A DNA stretch of 64,000 nucleotides from Nitrosopumilus sp. Lineage in GTDB: Archaea; Thermoproteota; Nitrososphaeria; Nitrososphaerales; Nitrosopumilaceae. Under the pieces are notes generated by a model. That model saw nothing but the letters and a program-made list of their open reading frames with translations. It had not been told where the DNA came from and made no database searches. The DNA lies in the NCBI GenBank assembly GCA_965197525.1, contig OZ240211.1:288001-352000 (forward strand). The letters run 5' to 3'. Position 1 is the stretch's first letter. Each line of letters opens with the position of its first letter. Both the position numbers and the translations under genes were made by a program. Shown here piece by piece: positions 19,479-29,200 of the stretch.

Positions 19479-19657
19479 TGGTTAAAGATAGATCGTACGA
19501 GGCCACAGGACGAAAGAAACATGACTTTGGCAGAGGGTCACGTTGGTGTAAACGATGTGGGGATTATACGGCAGTTATTCAAAAATATGATTTAATGATA
19601 TGTAGACGATGCTTTAGAGAAGTAGCAACATCTTTAGGGTTCAGGAAAAACAAGTGA
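19478..19657 (+). CDS. rps14: 30S ribosomal protein S14 (zinc type), absent from ORF track
   Basis: Manual translation MVKDRSYEATGRKKHDFGRGSRWCKRCG...ICRRCFREVATSLGFRKNK (59 aa). Confidence 0.95.
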   Translation: MVKDRSYEATGRKKHDFGRGSRWCKRCGDYTAVIQKYDLMICRRCFREVATSLGFRKNK

Positions 19658-19663
19658 GATATA

Positions 19664-20056
19664 ATGCCTGCAACAAACATTTTAGCAAATCTATTTGTCA
19701 CACTGTACAACAACGAAACTAGAAGAAAGAGCGACTGTGTAATTCTTCCAACCTCAAAGCTGGGAGTTGAGGTTTTAAAGACACTGCAAAAAGAGGGATA
19801 CATAGGAGAATTCGAACATATAGACGATAAAAGAGGTGGAAAATTCAAGATAAACCTACTTGCAAAGATAACAAAATGCGGATCCATATCACCAAGATTC
19901 AAAGTAAAGAATAATGAATACAACAATTGGGAACAACAGTACCTGCCAGCATATGATAGAGGGATGCTGCTAGTCACCACAAATCAAGGTGTAATGTCAC
20001 ATCACGAAGCAACGCAGAAAGGAATTGGAGGATTTTTGATAGGGTATGTCTACTAG
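19664..20056 (+). CDS. rps8: 30S ribosomal protein S8
   Basis: EGYIGEFE, VTTNQGVMSH. Confidence 0.96.
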   Translation: MPATNILANLFVTLYNNETRRKSDCVILPTSKLGVEVLKTLQKEGYIGEFEHIDDKRGGKFKINLLAKITKCGSISPRFKVKNNEYNNWEQQYLPAYDRGMLLVTTNQGVMSHHEATQKGIGGFLIGYVY

Positions 20057-20627
20057 TACCGTCGTTAACCAAACACAAAAATTTGATGATGAGGTTGTTG
20101 TCATCCCAAATGACGTTACCGTTACATTAAACAAACGAATGGTATCCTTTGTCGGACCTCTAGGTAAAACCTTCAAGAGCTTTCGTAATATTCCTGTGGA
20201 TATATCTATTGTAGATGACAAGATTATACTAAAAGCAACAGGTACAAAGAAGAGAAACTATGCAATTTTACATACTGCAAGATCAATTATTAGAAATATT
20301 TGCGAAGGCCTAGTTACAGGATATACAGTAAAGATGAAGGTTGTTTATGCACATTTTCCAATTACAGTTAAAGTGAATGGAAAAATAATCTCCATTGAGA
20401 ATTTTCAAGGCGAACGCGCACCTAGAACCACACGTATAGTTGGAAATACCAAGGTAACACCAAAAGGTGAAGATATTATATTAACTGGAGAGGTTTGGAC
20501 AGATATCACACAGACTGCCGCAAATATTGAACTTAGAACCAAGGTAAAAAACAAGGACCATAGAGTATTTTTAGATGGTATCTATGTATTTGAAAAGAAG
20601 AAAGGAATAGATAGTAAAAAGACATAA
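20046..20627 (+). CDS. rpl6: 50S ribosomal protein L6
   Basis: VVYAHFPITV, ENFQGER, DHRVFLDGIYV. Confidence 0.96.
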   Translation: MSTSTVVNQTQKFDDEVVVIPNDVTVTLNKRMVSFVGPLGKTFKSFRNIPVDISIVDDKIILKATGTKKRNYAILHTARSIIRNICEGLVTGYTVKMKVVYAHFPITVKVNGKIISIENFQGERAPRTTRIVGNTKVTPKGEDIILTGEVWTDITQTAANIELRTKVKNKDHRVFLDGIYVFEKKKGIDSKKT

Positions 20628-20638
20628 CATCATTTACT

Positions 20639-20926
20639 TTGACTCTAGACCCCGATTTCTCAAAACAGACAGACGAACTAATAGTACAAACCTTGGAGTT
20701 GTATAAAAAATCTGAGGCGTCCCCCAGAGTTGATCAGGTGTGGGCTTGTGAAAGCTTGGGTGATTTTTTGTGCGGGTTTTTTGTCGGAGAGATGGTAGGA
20801 TCTGCGCTAGGAGCATTCCAAGTAATACACAAAAGAGAACCAACTCCAGAAGAGCATATGGATATTGTAAAACTCGTTGAGAGGCATTCAAAAGACATCA
20901 AAGAGTTTTTTGCTAAATTTAATTAA
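20639..20926 (-). CDS. Conserved hypothetical protein
   Basis: 95-aa ORF convergent with rpl6; LGDFLCGFFVGEMVGSAL resembles thaumarchaeal hypotheticals. Confidence 0.65.
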
Positions 20927-20979
20927 TTGCCACATTATTGGAAACAAAAAAAGAGGACGTGATAAAATTATCCGTACTA

Positions 20980-21406
20980 AAACACTGGCATGCCTATTAA
21001 ACACATTGATCTTATACTTTGTATAGATATGATACAGTATATCTGGCTTGTAGGCATGTTTGGAATACTTTTTAGTACTGGAAGGTTGCTGACGGTGATG
21101 AATGCCTTTAAGATAGGGTCAAAAATCGTGGTTGGAATAGATGTATAGATTTCATGAGTCCTAGGAATAACAGCATTTACAGGCCACATCATCTTTGGCA
21201 ATGTAAATTTTTTACTCTTGTTTATTTTGGCAGGTCCTGGAATGACTGGGGGATTTATTGGTTCAAAATTTACAAACCGTCTAAGTCAAAAAAAGTTAAA
21301 GATCATACTTGTTACGTTACTTGTAATTACAATCGGATACCTGCTCGTTATGCTTGCTAATATATTGCTGCGACCATCTGTAATTACTTGTAGTACATGT
21401 TTCTAA
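20980..21406 (+). pseudogene. Decayed TauE/SafE (TSUP) transporter gene
   Basis: In-frame KIVVGIDV*IS*VLGITAFTGHIIFGNVNF...GGFIGSKFTNRLSQKKLK with internal stops. Confidence 0.6.
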
Positions 21407-22009
21407 CTACTATTATTCCCAGTATTGATTTTGTGATTAGATGACGCTATCAAAATTTTAAGCCGAAAATTACTTGATGTATTCGAAAGATGTACTTTAT
21501 CTTTCTTAGAAACAACAAAACCAATGTTAGTTGGCTGTAATTAACAGAAAAATAATCTTATGATTTCTGTTAACGATAAGACAGTGTTTATTTCATTAAT
21601 ACTACAACTTTTCAGCAAAAGATGATTTTCATCTACATTCGTAAATAATTGCACTATATTCCAGATTCTATTTCTGCCTAGTTACCGTATGTATTTGTAC
21701 TGTAATTCACACACTGTAATTGGTTCACTGAGCGGTACAGATCTTAAGAGGTAGACGATCTTAGGATATCTGTTTCTGACATTGATATTTTGACATCAGA
21801 TTTTTTGATTTATTCAATCTAGATATAGTTAGTAGAAACTTCCATATGTAATTAAGCGTTTTGTGTTTTTATGATTAATAATGTACTATGGGTACTGTTT
21901 TCTTTGAAAATGAGTTTCAAACTACGGTTATAACGACAGTTCAATCATTTTTTGGTTTAGAGCAGCATTCGCAAAGATTAAATCACTTTCGTCAACAAAC
22001 AAATTTGTT

Positions 22010-22086
22010 GCCGCCCTAGCTCAGCGTGGTAGAGCATCCGACTGTTAATCGGACGGTCGTCAGTTCAAGTCTGATGGGCGGCGCCA
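22010..22086 (+). tRNA. tRNA-Asn (GTT), CCA encoded
   Basis: Acceptor GCCGCCC/GGGCGGC, anticodon arm TCCGA-CTGTTAA-TCGGA, T-arm, 3' GCCA. Confidence 0.97.
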
Positions 22087-22377
22087 TTTTAAACTCTGAG
22101 AAGTTTGCAATATATCGAATTATTACTTAAATATTGTAAGAGAGTACGAAGTTAACGTAGGATAGATTTGGACCAATTTTTGAAAATATCTTGCCAGATC
22201 TATCAATAAAGTTTGATTGATCCAAATTTAATGCATTATCAATTTACTTGTATATGCTAATTAGCATGGTAGAAGGTTAGGTTAAGCACGAGTTATTGGA
22301 TTTACAGGTAGGGAACCTAACGCTTTACTCGGCCTAAATCAATATGTTTATAACCATTAAAATATTGACGTTATACA

Positions 22378-25278
22378 ATGTTGGGAATCACTGCTGGGTT
22401 TTCTGTAATATTACTTCTATTATCACTGTCTTTGGCATATACTGATAGTACTTTGACAGCATTTGCACAAGAGAACGAGTCCAACATACCAGACATAGTT
22501 CAAGTAGGAGTAATGCTCCCATCAACAGGTGATCTAGCAGCACACGGCCAAGACAATGGTGTCGGTGTTGAATTAGGCTTAACTGATTTTAATAAATATC
22601 TAGAAGAGATTGGTGCACATTGGCGCATGGAACTGATCAAGGAAGACACTCAATCAGATCCAATTGTAGCATTAGAAAAGATTCAATCTCTAAATTCCAA
22701 AGGTATCAAATTTGTGCTAGGTCCTGAATCAAGTGCAGAGGTACGTAACATTAAATCTTATGCAGACTCTAATGACATGGTATTAATCAGTCCAACATCT
22801 ACATCACCTGCTTTGGCAATTGATGACAACATATTCCGTATGATACCTGATGATACCCAACAGGGTAAGGTATTGGCACAATTGTTTGAGGAACAAAATA
22901 TCAAAGTAGTTGTCCCAATGTATCGTGGAGATGTTTGGGGTGATGGTTTGTTTGAATCAACAAAGATGAACTTTGAAGGATTAGGAGGAGTGATGGATGA
23001 CGGTCTGCGCTACTCTCCAGATGTAACTGTATACTCTACTGAAGCTAACTTGCTATCAGGTCTTGTTGCAGATTATGTTGCAGAGTATTCCACAGATGAA
23101 GTGGCAGTACTACTAATCGGATTCTCAGAAGCGGTACACATATTGAACTTTGCAGACTCTTATGATAACTTACATGAAGTAAGATGGTTTGGCTCGGATG
23201 GTTCATCAAATGACAGTACATTGTCAGATGATCCAATAGCTGCAGCATTTACAGAAAATGTCAACTTTGTAAGTACGCAATTTGCAACATCTACAAATGA
23301 AACCTATGAACATGTAAAGAATCACTTTATTGACTTCAAGGGTTCAACTCCAAACGCTTATGCTTATTCATCATATGACAGTGTTGCAGTTTTAGGTAAG
23401 ACAATACTAGAAACAGGCTCTGTTGATCCACTAACAGTCAGAGACTCTATAATCGAGGTTGCAGCAACACATACCGGTGCAATCGGTACTGTAAACCTGA
23501 ATGAAGCAGGTGACTTGGCAATATCAGACTATGATCTCTGGGGTATCCAGGATGGCACATGGTATCTATACGGTCATTACAATGCAGGTACCAGCATATT
23601 TGACTATACTGCTGATAAGATGATGATGGATGATGATAAAATGATGATGGCAGAATCCAACATACCAGACATAGTTCAAGTAGGAGTAATGCTCCCATCA
23701 ACAGGTGATCTAGCAGCACACGGCCAAGACAATGGTGTCGGTGTTGAATTAGGCTTAACTGATTTTAATAAATATCTAGAAGAGATTGGTGCACATTGGC
23801 GCATGGAACTGATCAAGGAAGACACTCAATCAGATCCAATTGTAGCATTAGAAAAGATTCAATCTCTAAATTCCAAAGGTATCAAATTTGTGCTAGGTCC
23901 TGAATCAAGTGCAGAGGTACGTAACATTAAATCTTATGCAGACTCTAATGACATGGTATTAATCAGTCCAACATCTACATCACCTGCTTTGGCAATTGAT
24001 GACAACATATTCCGTATGATACCTGATGATACCCAACAGGGTAAGGTATTGGCACAATTGTTTGAGGAACAAAATATCAAAGTAGTTGTCCCAATGTATC
24101 GTGGAGATGTTTGGGGTGATGGTTTGTTTGAATCAACAAAGATGAACTTTGAAGGATTAGGAGGAGTGATGGATGACGGTCTGCGCTACTCTCCAGATGT
24201 AACTGTATACTCTACTGAAGCTAACTTGCTATCAGGTCTTGTTGCAGATTATGTTGCAGAGTATTCCACAGATGAAGTGGCAGTACTACTAATCGGATTC
24301 TCAGAAGCGGTACACATATTGAACTTTGCAGACTCTTATGATAACTTACATGAAGTAAGATGGTTTGGCTCGGATGGTTCATCAAATGACAGTACATTGT
24401 CAGATGATCCAATAGCTGCAGCATTTACAGAAAATGTCAACTTTGTAAGTACGCAATTTGCAACATCTACAAATGAAACCTATGAACATGTAAAGAATCA
24501 CTTTATTGACTTCAAGGGTTCAACTCCAAACGCTTATGCTTATTCATCATATGACAGTGTTGCAGTTTTAGGTAAGACAATACTAGAAACAGGCTCTGTT
24601 GATCCACTAACAGTCAGAGACTCTATAATCGAGGTTGCAGCAACACATACCGGTGCAATCGGTACTGTAAACCTGAATGAAGCAGGTGACTTGGCAATAT
24701 CAGACTATGATCTCTGGGGTATCCAGGATGGCACATGGTATCTATACGGTCATTACAATGCAGGTACCAGCATATTTGACTATACTGCTGATAAGATGAT
24801 GATGGATGACAAGACTGCAATGGTAGATGATGATGATGATAAAGTTGACGAAAAAGGTGGCGGTTGTTTGATTGCAACTGCAGCATATGGTTCAGAGTTA
24901 GCACCACAAGTACAATTACTCCGAGAGATACGTGGCGATACTCTTATGAGTAGCGATGTCGGCTCATCATTTATGACCGGCTTTAACCAATTCTACTACA
25001 CATTCTCACCAACAGTAGCAGATCTCCAACGAAACAATGTCATCTTTGGTGATGCAGTCAGAACTGTCATTACACCTGGAATTTATACGCTTGGTGCAGT
25101 AATGGGTCTTGCTGACTCTAATGAAGAATCAGTTCTTGCCTACGGTATTTTATCCATTGTTACATTACTTGGAATATACATCATAGGTCCAATACTTGCA
25201 GTATTCGGTATTAGAATACTAGTTAGGAAAATGCAATCCAAATATCAGAGTGGCAAAGCATACCAGATAAAAAATTAA
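22378..25278 (+). CDS. ABC substrate-binding protein (LivK type) with duplicated binding domain and CFI-box-CTERM
   Basis: Two copies of GVMLPSTGDLA...AYSSYDSV; C-terminal GGCLIATAAYGSELAPQVQLLRE followed by a TM helix. Confidence 0.9.
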   Translation: MLGITAGFSVILLLLSLSLAYTDSTLTAFAQENESNIPDIVQVGVMLPSTGDLAAHGQDNGVGVELGLTDFNKYLEEIGAHWRMELIKEDTQSDPIVALEKIQSLNSKGIKFVLGPESSAEVRNIKSYADSNDMVLISPTSTSPALAIDDNIFRMIPDDTQQGKVLAQLFEEQNIKVVVPMYRGDVWGDGLFESTKMNFEGLGGVMDDGLRYSPDVTVYSTEANLLSGLVADYVAEYSTDEVAVLLIGFSEAVHILNFADSYDNLHEVRWFGSDGSSNDSTLSDDPIAAAFTENVNFVSTQFATSTNETYEHVKNHFIDFKGSTPNAYAYSSYDSVAVLGKTILETGSVDPLTVRDSIIEVAATHTGAIGTVNLNEAGDLAISDYDLWGIQDGTWYLYGHYNAGTSIFDYTADKMMMDDDKMMMAESNIPDIVQVGVMLPSTGDLAAHGQDNGVGVELGLTDFNKYLEEIGAHWRMELIKEDTQSDPIVALEKIQSLNSKGIKFVLGPESSAEVRNIKSYADSNDMVLISPTSTSPALAIDDNIFRMIPDDTQQGKVLAQLFEEQNIKVVVPMYRGDVWGDGLFESTKMNFEGLGGVMDDGLRYSPDVTVYSTEANLLSGLVADYVAEYSTDEVAVLLIGFSEAVHILNFADSYDNLHEVRWFGSDGSSNDSTLSDDPIAAAFTENVNFVSTQFATSTNETYEHVKNHFIDFKGSTPNAYAYSSYDSVAVLGKTILETGSVDPLTVRDSIIEVAATHTGAIGTVNLNEAGDLAISDYDLWGIQDGTWYLYGHYNAGTSIFDYTADKMMMDDKTAMVDDDDDKVDEKGGGCLIATAAYGSELAPQVQLLREIRGDTLMSSDVGSSFMTGFNQFYYTFSPTVADLQRNNVIFGDAVRTVITPGIYTLGAVMGLADSNEESVLAYGILSIVTLLGIYIIGPILAVFGIRILVRKMQSKYQSGKAYQIKN
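22480..24809 (+). repeat. Tandem duplication, period 1176 bp
   Basis: 22480-23633 recurs at 23656-24809; no difference seen by eye, and shadow ORFs are identical at +1176. Confidence 0.9.
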
Positions 25279-25489
25279 TCTCAGTACCACAAACAACACA
25301 CTCATGGAGAACTGCTACGCAACCAAAGAGTAGAAAACAACGTTGATTCAATAAAGACAGAATTCTCCACATATCCCAAAAATGCACATATGTACTAGAA
25401 TTCTCTTCAGTCTGCCCCCCCCCCCATCAGGTAGAATGCGCGAAGCCCATGTCCATGTAGGGGTCAGCCTATCACATAGATGCTAGGAG

Positions 25490-26130
25490 GAGGATAGTTA
25501 CAAGATAAAGAGCAAATCAGGTTTCATAAAACTCAGTGTCATGGTACAACAGGACACCATGCAGATGCTTGGATTCACGGTAACTGACGAAAAGATTGGC
25601 GATTCCCCGCAGTTCGAGCCCCTGATAATACAGGCACTGAAGAATAATGGAATAGATCCAGATGTGCGACGTGCAACAGTCATGGCTGCAGGTACCGAGC
25701 CACTGCCGGATCATGTTAAAATTAAGATCAAGGCAGATGCAGGATACGACAGCAGGGAGAATTTTCAGATATGCAGAGTACGGCATTACACTCATCATTA
25801 AGATAAAACACAATGCAGAATACAAGGCAAGAGGATAAACATGGAATGCAACATTGCAGTGATTGACCAGCTGGGTGGCGACACTACAAGCCTTGCCAAA
25901 TTCCATGAGATGGACGTCAGGGAACGTACGGAAAACCAGAACGAGTGGAAAAACGTGCAGAATACGGTTCCCGATGGCAGGTGGAGATATTCTTCTCTGC
26001 GTTCAAGAGGATATTTGGAAGTTCGGTAAGGGCAAAAACAATGGATAACATTATTCAAGAGATAGCGTTGAAGATCCAACGCTACAACCAGTTCGTAGAC
26101 ATAACTCAGAAGGTGATCTCAATGGTATGA
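25490..26130 (+). pseudogene. IS5-family transposase remnant
   Basis: KSGFIKLSV, IKADAGYDSRENF and YGSRWQVEIFFSAFKRIFG lie in different frames. Confidence 0.8.
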
Positions 26131-26238
26131 TGAAAGTATGGACTAGATGCTATACAATCGAGTCATAACGGTGGCAGGTTATGAAACAAGCTAGTTTTTA
26201 GATAATCTTTATATTTTGTCCGATTTGACAGATTAATA

Positions 26239-29200
26239 ATGTTGAGTTGCATTGCAAGCCTTACACGGTCGAATAGATTGGAAGGCAGCATAATGAAGTG
26301 GCTTGTTGTGGTAACACTTGCGTCGACATTGCTAGGTTTATACGGATACGCTTTTGCGTCATCTGTAATCATCACATCGCCCATCGCATTTGTAACGGAC
26401 GGGGTCGACGGGTTTGAGGAACTTGAGGGTCCAAAAGGCATTACAACAGTCACAATCGGATCCTCAACGTACGCACTTGCCGCGTCGTATAAAGATGACG
26501 GTGTCCAGATAATAGATATTACAGATCCGTACCACCCAAGTCCCGTTGCAGCCGTAACTGACGGGGTCGACGGGTTTGAGGAACTTGAGGGAGCACGTGA
26601 TATCACCACAGCTACGATCGGATCCTCAACGTACGCGATCGTCACATCCTCAGTTGACCACGGCATCCAGATAATAAATATTACAAATCCCTCAGATCCG
26701 GCTCCGGCATCACACATCAGCAGCATCACAGGTACATATTTCAAAGATCCTCGCGAAGTCGCCACAGTCTTAATTGGTTCATCAACATACGCCCTTATCG
26801 CAGCGCACGGAAGCGGCGTACACATAATGAATATCACCGATCCCTATGACCCAAACCATGTTGCGTCCCTGTATGATGGAAGCAAAGGATTCGAAGCTCT
26901 TGGCAATCCGCGCGGCATTACCACAACCACTATCGAATCCTCGACGTACGCCGTTGTTGCAGCGTTTGAGGGAGCAGTGCAGATCATAAACATCACTGAC
27001 CCGTCAAAACCGACTCCGGTAGGAGCAGTACACAATAGTCCCGACACCCGGCTTGGAGGTGCAACTGCTGTAACTGTTATAACGTCCAGCTCCTCAATGT
27101 ACGCCCTTGTTGCCGCGCAGACAGATAATGCCGTCCAGATAATAGACATCACGGATCTCTCCAACCCCGACCCTGTCACGTTCGTGCAGCATGGAGTTGC
27201 AGGATTTGATGCTCTTCGATACCTTGAAACTATTACCACCATCACGTTTGACTCCTCAACATATGCCCTTGTCACATCATTCATAGACGGCATCCAAATA
27301 GTAGATGTTACGGATCCCTCTAGTCCACCCCCCCCCCCTGCTGCGTTTGTGAGCAAATATGATGACAGATTTGAAGGCTTTCCATTTCCAGAAGATACAA
27401 CAGTCATCAAAATAGATTCTAGGACGTATGCCATTGTCGTATCCAATGTGGGTAATGGCGTCCAGATAATCGACATCGATCTCACCTCCGGTCCGGTGTT
27501 GGCATCTGCCACCCTGAACGAGGAAGCGGGCATGTTAGAGATCACGTTCTCAGATACAGTCGATGTCACCCCTGCAGGTATGGTTGACCTGTCAGGATTG
27601 ACCATCCGCGACGCTGGGCAGTCTGTTTCGCTGGCAGGAGCCATACTGAATACGGAGGTTGACTCGGCTGCGATCTCCATTGAGCTAACTGAGATGCAGG
27701 GCCGTTTAGTTGCAACCATGGCATCTCCACGGTTGGATATATCTGACTCTGCAGTGATTGACACCTCAGGCAATCTGATCGAGTTGTCGCGAGGCAACAT
27801 CATCACCGTAAATGACAGTGTTGCACCTGAGATCGTGTCTGCGATCATAGACGGTAATACAAGCATCCTAGAGATCACATTTTCAGACAGGATTGATGCC
27901 ACTCCGGCTTTCAGGATCCATGTTGCAGGCATGACCGTCCGCGATTCTGGGCAGTCTGTTTCGCTGGCAGGGGCCACACCAAGAACAGAGGTTGACTCTG
28001 CTGTGATCTCCATTGAGATGACCGAAGACCAGCGTCAGTCAATTGCCGTGCTAGCATCCCCGTTGTTGGATGCCAGTTACTTTAGCATAGTAGATACTGA
28101 CGGCAACCCAATTGAGGCATCGTCAGGCAACACCATTACCGTAAAAAACGTAAACCAAGTTCCCACAGTCACATCAATAGAGAGGAGCGATCCGGTAGAA
28201 GAGGTTACCTCCGAGCAAACCCTGGTCTACGAGGTGACCTTTAGCGAATCAGTAACCGAAGTGGACAAGACTGACTTTGCCTTGTCTTCTGATAGCACGG
28301 GTGGAGTCAGTTCTGCCCAGTTCACACAGACACGTTCTCCTGACATTGACATAACTGCAGCCAACACCATAACGGATACCATCACAGTCCCAGACTCTGG
28401 TACTGTTACGTCAGTCTCAGTCGCTATAGATGTCTCCCATACGTACATAAGCGACTTGAAGATAGATCTTGTTGCACCTGATGGTACAACCAAGACCATC
28501 CACAACCGCTCCGGAGGCAGCACCGATGACATAGACCAGACATACACACCAAACTTTGCAGGCGTTTCAATTGCAGGTACCTGGACGCTACAGATAAACG
28601 ACGACTATGCAGCTGCCGATGACGGTACCCTGAACAGCTGGACGCTTACGATCAATCCTAGTAGTAGTAGTAGTGATACCTCAAACCCTGTAACATCGAT
28701 CTCAGGTTCTGGCAATACGTATTACGTGACAGTCTCTGCCACACAGGACGGCACATACAACCTTGATCTGGTATCGTCAGGGCACGAGATTGTTGACACG
28801 GCAAACAATCATCTTACAAACACTACACCTACTTATGCTGACCACACCTACACGGTCAGCACCGTACCTGCTGACACCACTGCGCCAACACTATCATCAA
28901 TTGAGAGATACAATCCTGTTACTGCAACTACCGACAGCCAGACGCTAATCTACGAGGTGACCTTTAGCGAATCAGTAACCGAAGTGGACAAGACTGACTT
29001 TGCCTTGTCTTCTGATAGCACGGGTGGAGTCAGTTCTGCCCAGTTCACACAGACACGTTCTCCTGACATTGACATAACTGCAGCCAACACCATAACGGAT
29101 ACCATCACAGTCCCAGACTCTGGTACTGTTACGTCAGTCTCAGTCGCTATAGATGTCTCCCATACGTACATAAGCGACTTGAAGATAGATCTTGTTGCAC

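Noticed and set aside
22276-22321. 8-bp inverted repeat upstream of the binding-protein gene as a riboswitch
   Set aside because: A single short stem with no recognisable aptamer
25415-25425. Intergenic C11 tract
   Set aside because: It lies just upstream of an IS5 remnant with no evident promoter or ORF to switch
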